A stretch of 64,000 nt of DNA from positions 1 through 64,000 of IMG/VR virus record IMGVR_UViG_3300029928_000005, one strand, 5' to 3'. The notes under the pieces were generated by a model, which worked only from the letters and a program-made list of their open reading frames with translations, did not search any database and was not told the origin of the DNA. Source of the stretch: a virus. Taxonomy: Duplodnaviria; Caudoviricetes. The translations under genes and the position numbers were made by a program. Below, in pieces: positions 9,770 to 19,501 of this stretch. The stretch's first letter is position 1, and every line of letters starts with the position of its first letter.

Positions 9770-11113
9770 ATGGGTACTCCAGTAGTAAATTTAGATTTTG
9801 GTTATAATGGTAGTAAATCAAGCGGTGCGCCTACTGCTACTACCGAACCTGTACAAAACTTAGATACAGGTAAGACTAGTTCTGAGGAAACAACTCCTAT
9901 TAATGGTGGTACGACTCCTCCTCCAGAGCTTACAGAACCGAGTAAAGAACCTGATAAGGAACTTGATAAAGGTAATGATGGTAAAGGTGATAAAGATGAT
10001 AAAAAGAAGCCAGCTCAAACTTCTCCTTCTACGGGGGGTATAGATGTATCTACATTAGAAGCTGGTACTACTATTGAAACTCCTGATGGTAATTTGTTAG
10101 TTGATGCTCAAGGTAATCTTGTTGATAAAGATGGTAATATTTTTAAAACTAAAGATGAAGCTAATGAGTATCTTAATCAGTTTGAAACTGATGGTGAAGG
10201 TAATGAAAATACAGAACCAGAACTTAGTATCAAAACTATTCAAGAAACTATCGGTGTTGATGTAGTAGATGACAAAGGTAAGAAAGTTAAGTTTGATAAT
10301 AGTCCTGAAGGTATTAAGTCTTATGTTAATAGTGTAATGGAGATTCGTGAAAACGAAATTGCAGAAGCTGCTATTAATAGACTTTATCAAGATGTACCTG
10401 TTCTTCCTGATATTATTAATTATTATATTGCTAACGGTGGTTCTCTTGAAGGTTATAATGAAATTCCAGATAGAACTCAAATTGTAGTTGATGATAATAA
10501 TGTTAATCAGCAGAAGGCTATTATTAAACAAGCTCATAAAGAATTTGGTCGTAGAGGTGATGTAAACAAATATATTAAATATCTTGAAGATAGTGGACAA
10601 TTACTTGAAACAGCTAAAGATGAACTTGCTGCGCTTCAGCAAGCCGATAAAGAAGAGCATGAGAGACTTAGACAAGAAGCCGAAGCTCGTATTAAAGCGG
10701 ATGAAGAAGCAAGTGAGAAATATTGGACTGGAGTAAAGAAAGTTATTGATGGTAAGAAAATTGCTGGTTATCAAATTCCAGATAATATTATCATTAGTAG
10801 AGACGGAAAAAAGATTAGTGCTACTCCACAAGATTTCTTTAATTATATTTATCAAGTTGATGATAATGGTAAAAGCCATTATGTTTATGACTTGGAAAAA
10901 CAAACTCCTGAAGCTAGACGTGATGACCAGATACTTCGTGCGTATTTGACATTTGTTGGAGGTAATTATGCAAGCCTTGTAGATATGGCTATTAAAGAAG
11001 AAAAAGTTAGAACTCTTAGAATGAAGAGTAAACAAGCTACAACAAAAGGCGGTATCAAAGTTACTTCTCCTGCTGGTACTACAAAGTCTAAAGACATTGA
11101 CTTTGGATATTAA
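9770..11113 (+). CDS. Scaffold-like / capsid assembly protein
   Basis: Start ATG9770. Acidic low-complexity N-terminus and helical C-terminus; lies between portal and MCP as in other Crassvirales. Confidence 0.7.
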   Translation: MGTPVVNLDFGYNGSKSSGAPTATTEPVQNLDTGKTSSEETTPINGGTTPPPELTEPSKEPDKELDKGNDGKGDKDDKKKPAQTSPSTGGIDVSTLEAGTTIETPDGNLLVDAQGNLVDKDGNIFKTKDEANEYLNQFETDGEGNENTEPELSIKTIQETIGVDVVDDKGKKVKFDNSPEGIKSYVNSVMEIRENEIAEAAINRLYQDVPVLPDIINYYIANGGSLEGYNEIPDRTQIVVDDNNVNQQKAIIKQAHKEFGRRGDVNKYIKYLEDSGQLLETAKDELAALQQADKEEHERLRQEAEARIKADEEASEKYWTGVKKVIDGKKIAGYQIPDNIIISRDGKKISATPQDFFNYIYQVDDNGKSHYVYDLEKQTPEARRDDQILRAYLTFVGGNYASLVDMAIKEEKVRTLRMKSKQATTKGGIKVTSPAGTTKSKDIDFGY

Positions 11114-11140
11114 TCTATTATTTATTTAAATGTTGTAGTT

Positions 11141-12601
11141 ATGCATAAAATGCGTGTTTTGGACGTAGGCAAATTTGAAGATAGAGGTTACTCTAACGAA
11201 GAATCTATTGCTTATCTCCAACTTAACAAACCTGTTGAAATTAATTCATTCATTACTTATAATTATGGTATGGATGATGACCGATTTCCTCTTACATTTA
11301 TGACTGAAGGTCAGGGAAGTCGTGGTGTTAGTGATATTGAAACTGTTCAATGGACTTGGCGTACAATGGGTCGTATGAAATTTGACGACTTTGTTGTATA
11401 TTTCAATCCAGCTATTACTAAGCCTGGTCTTGGTGGTGCTGAATTTGAAGTTGAGTTTAGTACTCATTGGTTTATTGAACAATATGGTCTTATTGCACCT
11501 GATGGTATGACACAAGTTCGTATTCAGAAAGATTGTGGTGAAGGCTCTCATGGTGGATATAAGTATATTCTTAAATGTACTAATCCTAATCCTAATTTCT
11601 TTATTGACCCAGAATTCCTTGCAAAAGGTAAGTATTGGTCTTTGAGTGCTCCTACTATTTCTGAATCTTATTCTAAGGGTAATCGTTCTAATACAATGTC
11701 TGCTGGTACTATGACTAGTCAGCTTGAATTTAGACGTTATTCTAAAGAAATTGCTGGTAATCTTGCAAATGTTATTACTACTTATGAATTTAATGGTAAT
11801 AAGTTGTGGATTAACGAGGAGATGCGTCAATTTCACTTGCAGATGCGTGTGATGAACGAGGAACGTCTGTGGATTGCTGAATATAATCGTAATCAGAATG
11901 GTGAGATTATGCTTAAAGACCGTGATAATGGTAAGCCTATTCCTCATACTAGTGGTATGTTTGAAATTTGTCGTGAATCTAACTATGATACTTATGGTGA
12001 GTTCTTGACATTAAATAAGATTGAACGTACTGTTGGTGATGTTCTTAATCGTGATACTGACGATGGTGTAATGGATGTTGTACTTATGGCTGGTAAAGGT
12101 TTCTTACAAGACTTCGACCAAGCTATTCGTATGGATGCTAAATCTGAAGGTTTCATTACTCCTCTTGGTGATAAGATGATTGATGATGATGGTGAAGGTT
12201 TACAATATGGTCGTTACTTCCGTAAGTATAAGACTGTAGATGGTCATACAATTACTGCTAAGCATTGTGCTTTCTTTGATAAGGGTACTATTGCTGAAGC
12301 TGCTAAGAAGAATGGTATGATTCATCCTCGTACAGGTTTGCCTATTACTTCTCATCAAGCTGCCTTTATTGACTTTAGTTCTTATAAGGGTCATCCTAAT
12401 GTTCGTCTTGTACGTCAGAAAGGACAGATTTATAAGGCTGCTGTCCTTAAAGGTTTAACACCTGTTCCTGCATCTTGGGGTGTACCTGATAGTAACTTTA
12501 TTTCTACTGAGATTGATATGTCTCGTTATGAAATTAAGTCTTCTATTGGTTTGCAAGTCGATAACTCGACGAAGATGTTCTTACTGCAATGTAAATTGTA
12601 A
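11141..12601 (+). CDS. Major capsid protein
   Basis: 486 aa with highly biased codon usage, FPLTFMTEG and HPRTGLPITSH motifs, and the expected position. Confidence 0.88.
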   Translation: MHKMRVLDVGKFEDRGYSNEESIAYLQLNKPVEINSFITYNYGMDDDRFPLTFMTEGQGSRGVSDIETVQWTWRTMGRMKFDDFVVYFNPAITKPGLGGAEFEVEFSTHWFIEQYGLIAPDGMTQVRIQKDCGEGSHGGYKYILKCTNPNPNFFIDPEFLAKGKYWSLSAPTISESYSKGNRSNTMSAGTMTSQLEFRRYSKEIAGNLANVITTYEFNGNKLWINEEMRQFHLQMRVMNEERLWIAEYNRNQNGEIMLKDRDNGKPIPHTSGMFEICRESNYDTYGEFLTLNKIERTVGDVLNRDTDDGVMDVVLMAGKGFLQDFDQAIRMDAKSEGFITPLGDKMIDDDGEGLQYGRYFRKYKTVDGHTITAKHCAFFDKGTIAEAAKKNGMIHPRTGLPITSHQAAFIDFSSYKGHPNVRLVRQKGQIYKAAVLKGLTPVPASWGVPDSNFISTEIDMSRYEIKSSIGLQVDNSTKMFLLQCKL

Positions 12602-12621
12602 AAGTTTAAATTAGATATTTT

Positions 12622-13749
12622 ATGGAAGGTACATCAAAATTTGTAGTTAATCCTAATGCTGGAGCTGGTGATGGTAAAACCAATACATCTCCTACGGGGG
12701 GTCAGCCCGAAGTAGAAACTCCTAATAAAGTTGAACAGGAAAATTTAGAAGAACCATATATAGAAAAACGAACTATTACTATTAATGTAATTAAAAATCC
12801 ATCTTTATTTAGGCGTGCTAATGATAAATACATGCCTCGTAAAGTTGAATATATTGGTAGTAGTATTCGTTCTTCTTCAGTTCTTACGAGTAATAAACAA
12901 GAAATTGAATATTACTTTCCTAGTCTTCTTGGTGTTCCTGCTAATGCTGATACTTTTATTACCCGTGTTAAACAATATCTTAATAACTTCCACATAGAAG
13001 TTAATGAACTTGGTAAAACTCTTGATATAAGTTTTCGTTGGAATACTAAAAGAGATTATTATAGCTTTAAAGCTAAAGAAGATAGAATTGAGGAAACTTA
13101 TAAAGCAGTTCGTAGAGATAATTTGGTCGAACTTAAAAAAGCTCTTGAAGTTAAGATTGATGACCTTAATGCTCTTGAATCAACAAGATTTAGATATGGA
13201 AATCCTATTAATGTAGAAGATTATATTAAATATCGTCATTGTTTGCTCTACAAGGATGTCTGTAAAGACCCTATCTTTATTAATAGTGATGTTAGTTATA
13301 GATTTTACTTCAAGGATGATGCTCGTGAACTTGAACAAGCTCGTAAGCGTAGAATTGAAGCTAATAATGCTAAACGAAACTATCTGTTAGCTCTTGCTGA
13401 TGACGAAGTGTTTAGAGCCGTTTATATTCAATATTGCGTTGCTGTTGGTCAGCCTGTTCTTACCTCTTTATTTAAAGAAAAGTTTGAGCAAGAAATGGAA
13501 CTTGATAAATATAGTTCTGATGAACCAGCTAAGTTTAATAAGATGTTTAATGATAAAGACTTAAAGATTAAAGCATTTATCGAAACCCTTATTGCTCGTG
13601 GTGAATTTGTTAGAACTAACGATAATCAAAACATTTCTACTCCTGCTGGCGATTTCATTGGCGCAAATATGAAAGAAGCAGTTCTTTGGTATAAGAATCC
13701 TGAAAATGCTAAAGCTGTAGATGCTTATCGCAATAAATTAAAATATTGA
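12622..13749 (+). CDS. Conserved crAss-like protein downstream of MCP
   Basis: PINVEDYIKYRHCL and IGANMKEAV motifs; synteny. Confidence 0.7.
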   Translation: MEGTSKFVVNPNAGAGDGKTNTSPTGGQPEVETPNKVEQENLEEPYIEKRTITINVIKNPSLFRRANDKYMPRKVEYIGSSIRSSSVLTSNKQEIEYYFPSLLGVPANADTFITRVKQYLNNFHIEVNELGKTLDISFRWNTKRDYYSFKAKEDRIEETYKAVRRDNLVELKKALEVKIDDLNALESTRFRYGNPINVEDYIKYRHCLLYKDVCKDPIFINSDVSYRFYFKDDARELEQARKRRIEANNAKRNYLLALADDEVFRAVYIQYCVAVGQPVLTSLFKEKFEQEMELDKYSSDEPAKFNKMFNDKDLKIKAFIETLIARGEFVRTNDNQNISTPAGDFIGANMKEAVLWYKNPENAKAVDAYRNKLKY

Positions 13750-13753
13750 TGAT

Positions 13754-14425
13754 ATGAATATTGTAGAGATGCACTTATACTTTAGAGAATTGGCTCAACA
13801 AGCTGGTATGCAAACTGTTCGCGCAATACTTCCCGAAGATATTGATATTAATCTTAATGTCGCAATTCGAGATATTGTTAAACGAATTGTAAAAGAAAAT
13901 ACTAAAGCTATTGATGGCAATACTAAAGTAGCAAGAGATAATAGTAAGATTAGTCAATTAAATAGTCTTCGTTCTCTTTATCGTCAAGAAGATTTAACCG
14001 GTAGTGGTAATGGTAGTCAAACTAATCCTTATAAAATAAATATTAACACTAATAATGTTTTGCTTTTTACTGGTTTTAAAACTATTGACGATGGTCATCT
14101 CTATGATGCTCGTATTATTGAGATTGAAGAACTAGGAATGACTCTTAACGATTTTTGTAATCGTGCTGAATATGATGCGCCGATATGTACTGTGATTGGT
14201 AGTTATTCTTCTATTAAAGTTGATTTTTATACTGGTCCTGTTCAAGGTCGTGCTCCGCAAAATGTTCGTGTTTATTATATAGCTGAACCAGCTGTTGTTT
14301 GTCATCCAGATGTCGGAGGTCAAGTTGATTGCGATTTAATTGACTATCTTCATGAAGATGTTGTTAAGCTAGCTGTAGATTATTATCTTAAAGCTATTGC
14401 TAACACAAATATTACTAGAAGTTAA
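13754..14425 (+). CDS. Tail/neck ring protein
   Basis: MNIVEMH..F, PEDIDINLN, YYIAEP and LHEDVVKLAV pattern of crAss ring proteins; synteny. Confidence 0.7.
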   Translation: MNIVEMHLYFRELAQQAGMQTVRAILPEDIDINLNVAIRDIVKRIVKENTKAIDGNTKVARDNSKISQLNSLRSLYRQEDLTGSGNGSQTNPYKININTNNVLLFTGFKTIDDGHLYDARIIEIEELGMTLNDFCNRAEYDAPICTVIGSYSSIKVDFYTGPVQGRAPQNVRVYYIAEPAVVCHPDVGGQVDCDLIDYLHEDVVKLAVDYYLKAIANTNITRS

Positions 14426-14446
14426 ATTTAAAATCATTTAGGCGTT

Positions 14447-15343
14447 ATGAGACAATTTGTTCTTGCCGGCGATGTAGCTTATGGTGGAGCTTCTGTTGAT
14501 GCAGTTGCTGCTGGAGCCGTCGCTATGTTTTATTTAAACAAAGATGGTGTAGATACTTTAGTTTCTACAGGTAAAGAGAATTTTGGTCGTGCTAACTTAG
14601 TTGTTGGTCGTGGTATGGAAAAAGGTGGTCCAATTGTTCTTCCTATTTTCCGTTATCACATGAGTTATGTTCGTAGTGATTATAAAGCTGGAACTAAGTT
14701 TCATGCAGAAGTTACTATTCCAACTGATAGAATGATTCCTTTCTGCAATTATTCAATTATTGTAGTTAAGAATGGTATTCAGTTTAACGAACGTAATAAA
14801 TGGACTGCTACTATCTTTGGTGGTGCTAATCCTAATGCAACTAATATTGCTAATGCTCTTGCTAAGCATTTACAGAATAACAAAATTGGTCATGGTTTGA
14901 ATGTTTCTATTGCTGGAACGACTATTAGTTTTGACAGCGATACTTATCGTGATTATACTATTTTGTTGGCTGATGCTTTGACAGGAGTTGAAGTAACTAT
15001 GGTTCATGCTGAGAAACCTATCAATGATGCTCGTATGATTCAAGATTATCATGCTAAAGCATGGGCTGATATGGGATTCCAAAATACAGAAGTTGAACCT
15101 AATATTCTTATGTATCCTAAACTTCATCTTGGTGGTTGGACTGATATTGACCCTGACGATAAAGGTTTCACAGTCTTTACTATTCGTTTTGCTGAACCAA
15201 GAGAAATGAAGACTAGAGATGAAGTTGTTCATCAGATTATTCAAGTTGCATTCCCTACAGGGGCTGCTGGTATTGATACCTTTGAAACAGTTCTTAAAGG
15301 AATGACTGATGAAGGTGGTTTGAGTGGACAGAACTTGTGTTAA
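14447..15343 (+). CDS. Structural protein, likely auxiliary capsid protein
   Basis: Beta-rich 298 aa with high-expression codon bias, in the position of the auxiliary capsid gene. Confidence 0.55.
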   Translation: MRQFVLAGDVAYGGASVDAVAAGAVAMFYLNKDGVDTLVSTGKENFGRANLVVGRGMEKGGPIVLPIFRYHMSYVRSDYKAGTKFHAEVTIPTDRMIPFCNYSIIVVKNGIQFNERNKWTATIFGGANPNATNIANALAKHLQNNKIGHGLNVSIAGTTISFDSDTYRDYTILLADALTGVEVTMVHAEKPINDARMIQDYHAKAWADMGFQNTEVEPNILMYPKLHLGGWTDIDPDDKGFTVFTIRFAEPREMKTRDEVVHQIIQVAFPTGAAGIDTFETVLKGMTDEGGLSGQNLC

Positions 15344-15365
15344 GATTAAAGTTACTCTATCTTTG
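15334..15365 (+). promoter_or_regulatory. Candidate Bacteroidota-type promoter
   Basis: CTTG (15334-15337) - N20 - TATCTTTG (15358-15365). Confidence 0.55.
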
Positions 15366-15392
15366 TAACTAAGTATTATTTGTAATATTAAC

Positions 15393-15454
15393 AAAGGTAG
15401 ATGTGCTCTTGATGTAACTCCTCGTAGGAGTATGAATAGAGCACATCTACCTTT
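15393..15454. repeat. Long inverted repeat (17-bp perfect arms) with nested hairpin
   Basis: AAAGGTAGATGTGCTCT (15393-15409) / AGAGCACATCTACCTTT (15438-15454), enclosing ACTCCT-CGT-AGGAGT (15417-15431). Confidence 0.9.
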
Positions 15455-15470
15455 TGTTGTATATGCTGGT

Positions 15471-16076
15471 ATGGAAAGTCTTATCGCAGGTCTTAGTCAA
15501 GGAGTTATTCCGGGTCTTATAGTACTTGTGTATCTTATTGTAGTTAAATGGTTAGACCATAAAAAACAAATTAGAGAAGACAATATTACAATTTCTATGG
15601 ATAATAGAATTAATGGTCTTACTAATCATGTTAGTGATATTGTTGAATCTTTATCTGAAGTTAGTTTGTTATTAAAGTCTGTTACTTCTAATATTATTGA
15701 GCGAGATAAAGAAAAATGTAAATTTAGTATTGAACTTGCTTTTAGTGGTTTGGCTAAAGAACTTAGTGATTTTGCATTTGTTACTATCTTTAATAATCAC
15801 ATTGACACAAATAGTTCTATAATTAAAAACAATATTAGAACAGCTGTTAATAGTGAATATTATAAGGTTTATTCTGTGCTTGGTCTTTATGAATATAATG
15901 GAAAGAGAATAAATGAGCATTTACTGACTGAATGGAAAGCTGAACTTATCGAAGCTCTTGAAATTAGTTTATTTAAAGATGATGCTGACGGTCTTAATAA
16001 GATGAATACATTTAGAACAAAAGTTAATCTTATTGCTAAGAATTGTTCTAATTATGTTTATAATAATACTTTTTAA
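15471..16076 (+). CDS. Membrane protein (N-terminal TM, holin-like topology possible)
   Basis: Likely start ATG15471, since the upstream ATG lies inside the hairpin. TM segment GVIPGLIVLVYLIVV. Confidence 0.6.
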   Translation: MESLIAGLSQGVIPGLIVLVYLIVVKWLDHKKQIREDNITISMDNRINGLTNHVSDIVESLSEVSLLLKSVTSNIIERDKEKCKFSIELAFSGLAKELSDFAFVTIFNNHIDTNSSIIKNNIRTAVNSEYYKVYSVLGLYEYNGKRINEHLLTEWKAELIEALEISLFKDDADGLNKMNTFRTKVNLIAKNCSNYVYNNTF

Positions 16077-16087
16077 TTAAGTAGATT

Positions 16088-16318
16088 ATGGATGAGGTGT
16101 TCATTCAAAATGTCAAATCTGACAATTTAGATTGTTGGATAAGCAAGTTAGAATCAGCCGTTTTTGAGTATCAAACGGGGCAAATGCCGAACTCAAATTT
16201 TTTCTGTGATGTTCAGTTCCATGCGATAGTAAATCGTGGCTTAGAACATAAGGATTGGCTTCGGTTATGCGACTTGGAACGTATTATTAATGTATATTAT
16301 AATATAACTGGAACATAA
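16088..16318 (+). CDS. Small structural protein, possible tail hub subunit
   Basis: 76-aa helical ORF at the start of the fibre block; synteny. Confidence 0.5.
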   Translation: MDEVFIQNVKSDNLDCWISKLESAVFEYQTGQMPNSNFFCDVQFHAIVNRGLEHKDWLRLCDLERIINVYYNITGT

Positions 16319-16321
16319 GAT

Positions 16322-16771
16322 ATGCCTGATACTAATTATGTTTATGCTGTTATACCTGCTAGATATGCTTGTTTGTATCATAAATTACTAGTTCTTCTAG
16401 CAGATTATGGTGTGGATATGCTTAATGATTGTTCTGCTACTTGTAAAGGTAATAATAAAAATATTATAACTTGTTGGAATATGTTTGAAGCTGGTGTTGC
16501 CGCTTATAATCTTGGACTAACAAGTCGTGCTGAAACTATAATGAAGTATGTTAATGCACAAATAAATATAATTTATCGTAGTAGAGGTCGAGCTTGTCCT
16601 AAAGGAGATTTTAAGTTGTTCGCTAATAAACAAGGTACACAAGTTGCTTTTGTAACTTGTAATGGTGAGACAAGTAGTATTAGAGTTGAGGATATTCCTG
16701 AACCTGCTAAAATGATTAGTAGTGATGGTATTATTAATGCTGATATTACTGAAGAAGATTTAAACGAATAA
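16322..16771 (+). CDS. Tail hub-like structural protein
   Basis: Cys-containing helical protein (DCSATC) before the fibre genes; synteny. Confidence 0.5.
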   Translation: MPDTNYVYAVIPARYACLYHKLLVLLADYGVDMLNDCSATCKGNNKNIITCWNMFEAGVAAYNLGLTSRAETIMKYVNAQINIIYRSRGRACPKGDFKLFANKQGTQVAFVTCNGETSSIRVEDIPEPAKMISSDGIINADITEEDLNE

Positions 16772-16774
16772 GTT

Positions 16775-18157
16775 ATGATAATTAACGGTCAAGATGTAGG
16801 AAAACAACTTATCACTTGTAATGGTGAATGGGCTGCTACCAAAAACTATAAACGTCTTTGTATAGTTTATAAAGATAGTAATAGCTATTTATCTAAATGT
16901 GCCGTTCCTGCTGGAACTCCTGTTGATAATGAAGATTATTGGCAGAAGTTCTTTGAAACAGATGCTGCTTTAAAGATTGATTTAACAAATTATAAAGCAC
17001 AGTTGCAAGAACAAGTACAAATTCTTAAAGAAGCTGTTACTAATTTAGTTAATAGTACTAATGAGAATGTTGATACTAAAGTAAGTGAAATGCTTGCTAA
17101 AGTTAATAAACTTGAAGGTAATCTTAATTCTCATTTGAATAATGTACTTGTTTCTACAACTGCTGCAATTAATAAAGTTAATTCTGAACAGAATAGTATT
17201 AAGTCAGCTGTTAATGCAGTTAGTAAGAAAGTTGATGACAATGCTGCTGATGCTAAAGCTAGTAATGCGGCTTCAATACTTTCTCTACAGGGGGTCTTAA
17301 ATAAAGAGATTAGTAGACTTGAAACTAAGATGGCTGCTACTCCTAAAGTAACTGAAGTTAGTGTTCAAAGTGTCATACCCCCCATAGAAGATGGAAGAGG
17401 AGCCACTAGACTTATTGTAGAAACTGATGCTGATAAAGAAACTTTTACTACTAATAATATTAAAGTAGGTTATGAAGTTTATGTAGTTGAGACAGGTCTT
17501 AGTTATGTATTACAAGAAATTGTTCTTGGTACTAATGTTAAGACTTGGAAGTTAGAATATCATTCTACTATTGGTGCTTGCTACTTTGATGGAATCGAAG
17601 ATGGTAGTGAAGAAATTACAGTTGATAGAGCTATAGCTGATGAAGAAGGTACTAATTTCAGAGAAGGTTATGTTCGTAAAAGTGATATTGCTGCTTATGT
17701 AGATGAACTTTTTAGAACTAAGTTTGTTGATAATATGCCTTTGATTCTTGCTGGTTCTATTACTTCTGATATGCTTAGTCAATCTGTTCTTGATTTAATT
17801 GGTAATAAAACCATTTGTAATCTTGCTGATGGATTTACTATTGAAAAACATGCTAAAGATGGAACTATTGGCTTAGCTAATCATGAAGTTAATACTAATA
17901 ATTTCAGGTCTTATGGTCATAAACATTTAGGATATAACATTACTGATGGTCATAATATTCTTGAACAATTAATGATTGAAGATGATTATACTATTTATTA
18001 TGTTTATCTTGATTATGACTTAAATGGTGCTACTATTGAATTACCTGAACATGCTATTCTTATTTGGCTTGGAGGTTATTTTGATAATGGTACTATTAAA
18101 TCTAACGGTGTTATTATTGATGAAAAGTTTAAAGGTACTAATTTAATTGTTGAATGA
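16775..18157 (+). CDS. Tail fibre-type protein
   Basis: N-terminal GEW....Y..L.IV...SYLSK..VPAG module, coiled coil, C-terminal NIL.Q.M....TIY....DYDLNG.TI.LP module. Confidence 0.7.
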   Translation: MIINGQDVGKQLITCNGEWAATKNYKRLCIVYKDSNSYLSKCAVPAGTPVDNEDYWQKFFETDAALKIDLTNYKAQLQEQVQILKEAVTNLVNSTNENVDTKVSEMLAKVNKLEGNLNSHLNNVLVSTTAAINKVNSEQNSIKSAVNAVSKKVDDNAADAKASNAASILSLQGVLNKEISRLETKMAATPKVTEVSVQSVIPPIEDGRGATRLIVETDADKETFTTNNIKVGYEVYVVETGLSYVLQEIVLGTNVKTWKLEYHSTIGACYFDGIEDGSEEITVDRAIADEEGTNFREGYVRKSDIAAYVDELFRTKFVDNMPLILAGSITSDMLSQSVLDLIGNKTICNLADGFTIEKHAKDGTIGLANHEVNTNNFRSYGHKHLGYNITDGHNILEQLMIEDDYTIYYVYLDYDLNGATIELPEHAILIWLGGYFDNGTIKSNGVIIDEKFKGTNLIVE

Positions 18158-18158
18158 T

Positions 18159-19490
18159 ATGGTAACATATAATGATTTAGATGATAATCTTAAAGCGATG
18201 ATTAGAGAAGTGCCTGCGGCTATTATCAATCACGCTGATGGGGAAGATTTAACTGTTAGACAGCAAGTTCTTAAATTTGCTGATAGACATAAAGCTACTA
18301 CAGCTTATTCTAACAGAGGAATGATTATTGTTAGACGTAAAGAAAAGACTGTTATTCGTGAGAATCTTGAAATTAAGATTAATATTCTTAATCAAGATAT
18401 GATGACTGAAGATAGTACTATTTACGTTATACGCTATGAACATGACCTTAATGGTCAAACTATTGAAGTTCCGTCTAATTGTATTTTAGTATTTGATGGT
18501 GGAAAGCTCATTAATGGTACTGTTAATCTTAACGGTGCTCAACTTGTCGGTGTTAGTCTTTATCCGGAAGAATTTATCCAAAATATTGGAACTGGTCTTA
18601 GAGCGGGAACTCCGCATTGGACTACTGATGGATATATTGAGTGGTGGGATGGTAGTAAATGGTTTAATCCTTATACTACTCTCAATGATGCTCTTAATAG
18701 GAATCTAAGCAATATTAATCAACAGCTTGTTGGGCTTAATGATAATTTAGTTCAAAGTATTAATGCTATTAATCAAGCTGCTTTGAATGAAACAAATGCT
18801 AGAACTGCTGCTGATGATGATTTAGATGCAAGAATTGATAATGAAGTTACAGATAGAATAGAAGGAGATACTAAATTACAAAGTCTTATTGATAAACTTA
18901 ATGTAACACATACTAATGATATTGTTAAAGTAAAACAACTGATTCAAGCTAATACTGATTTAATTAATCAGAAAGAAAATGAAATTATTGCAGCTTATCG
19001 AGCTGACGATGATGCTTTAAGAAAGAAGATTATTGAAGGTCTTGAAACTGAACGTAGAAGTAGAATCAATGATATTGCTACTGCAAAACAAGAAATTGTT
19101 GAGATGGTTAAAGAGAATGATGATATTCATAGACATCTTCTACGGGGGGTTTACAATGAACTAAATAAAGTTACAAGTAGAACTGATAAACAATATGATG
19201 AAGTTCATATTCATCTTAATAAACTAAATGAACTTATTCAACAAAATATTATTAGTATTATTGATTTACAAAATAGACTCGATAAAGTTAATGAAAGAAT
19301 TGATGAACTAGAAGATAATGCTAATAAGTATCTTGTTAGATTTAAATTACCTGATGGTACTATTGTAGGAGGTCAATATGTTGTTCCTGGTGGAACTCCT
19401 ATTGTTCCAGATGATATTGCTGAAGGAGCTGTCTTTGACAAAGACTTTAGTATTGTAAATGAAGATATGCTTATTAATGTTACCATTTAA
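18159..19490 (+). CDS. Tail fibre-type coiled-coil protein
   Basis: Start ATG18159. Shares the NILNQDMM..STIYVIRYEHDLNGQTIEVP module with the upstream gene; E..AR..AD..L coiled-coil repeats. Confidence 0.7.
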   Translation: MVTYNDLDDNLKAMIREVPAAIINHADGEDLTVRQQVLKFADRHKATTAYSNRGMIIVRRKEKTVIRENLEIKINILNQDMMTEDSTIYVIRYEHDLNGQTIEVPSNCILVFDGGKLINGTVNLNGAQLVGVSLYPEEFIQNIGTGLRAGTPHWTTDGYIEWWDGSKWFNPYTTLNDALNRNLSNINQQLVGLNDNLVQSINAINQAALNETNARTAADDDLDARIDNEVTDRIEGDTKLQSLIDKLNVTHTNDIVKVKQLIQANTDLINQKENEIIAAYRADDDALRKKIIEGLETERRSRINDIATAKQEIVEMVKENDDIHRHLLRGVYNELNKVTSRTDKQYDEVHIHLNKLNELIQQNIISIIDLQNRLDKVNERIDELEDNANKYLVRFKLPDGTIVGGQYVVPGGTPIVPDDIAEGAVFDKDFSIVNEDMLINVTI

Positions 19491-19501
19491 ATGTTCGTGC
19501 T

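Noticed and set aside
4703-12601. Group I introns or inteins in terminase, portal or MCP
   Set aside because: The genes are continuous and of ordinary length, with no intein termini or homing-endonuclease motifs.
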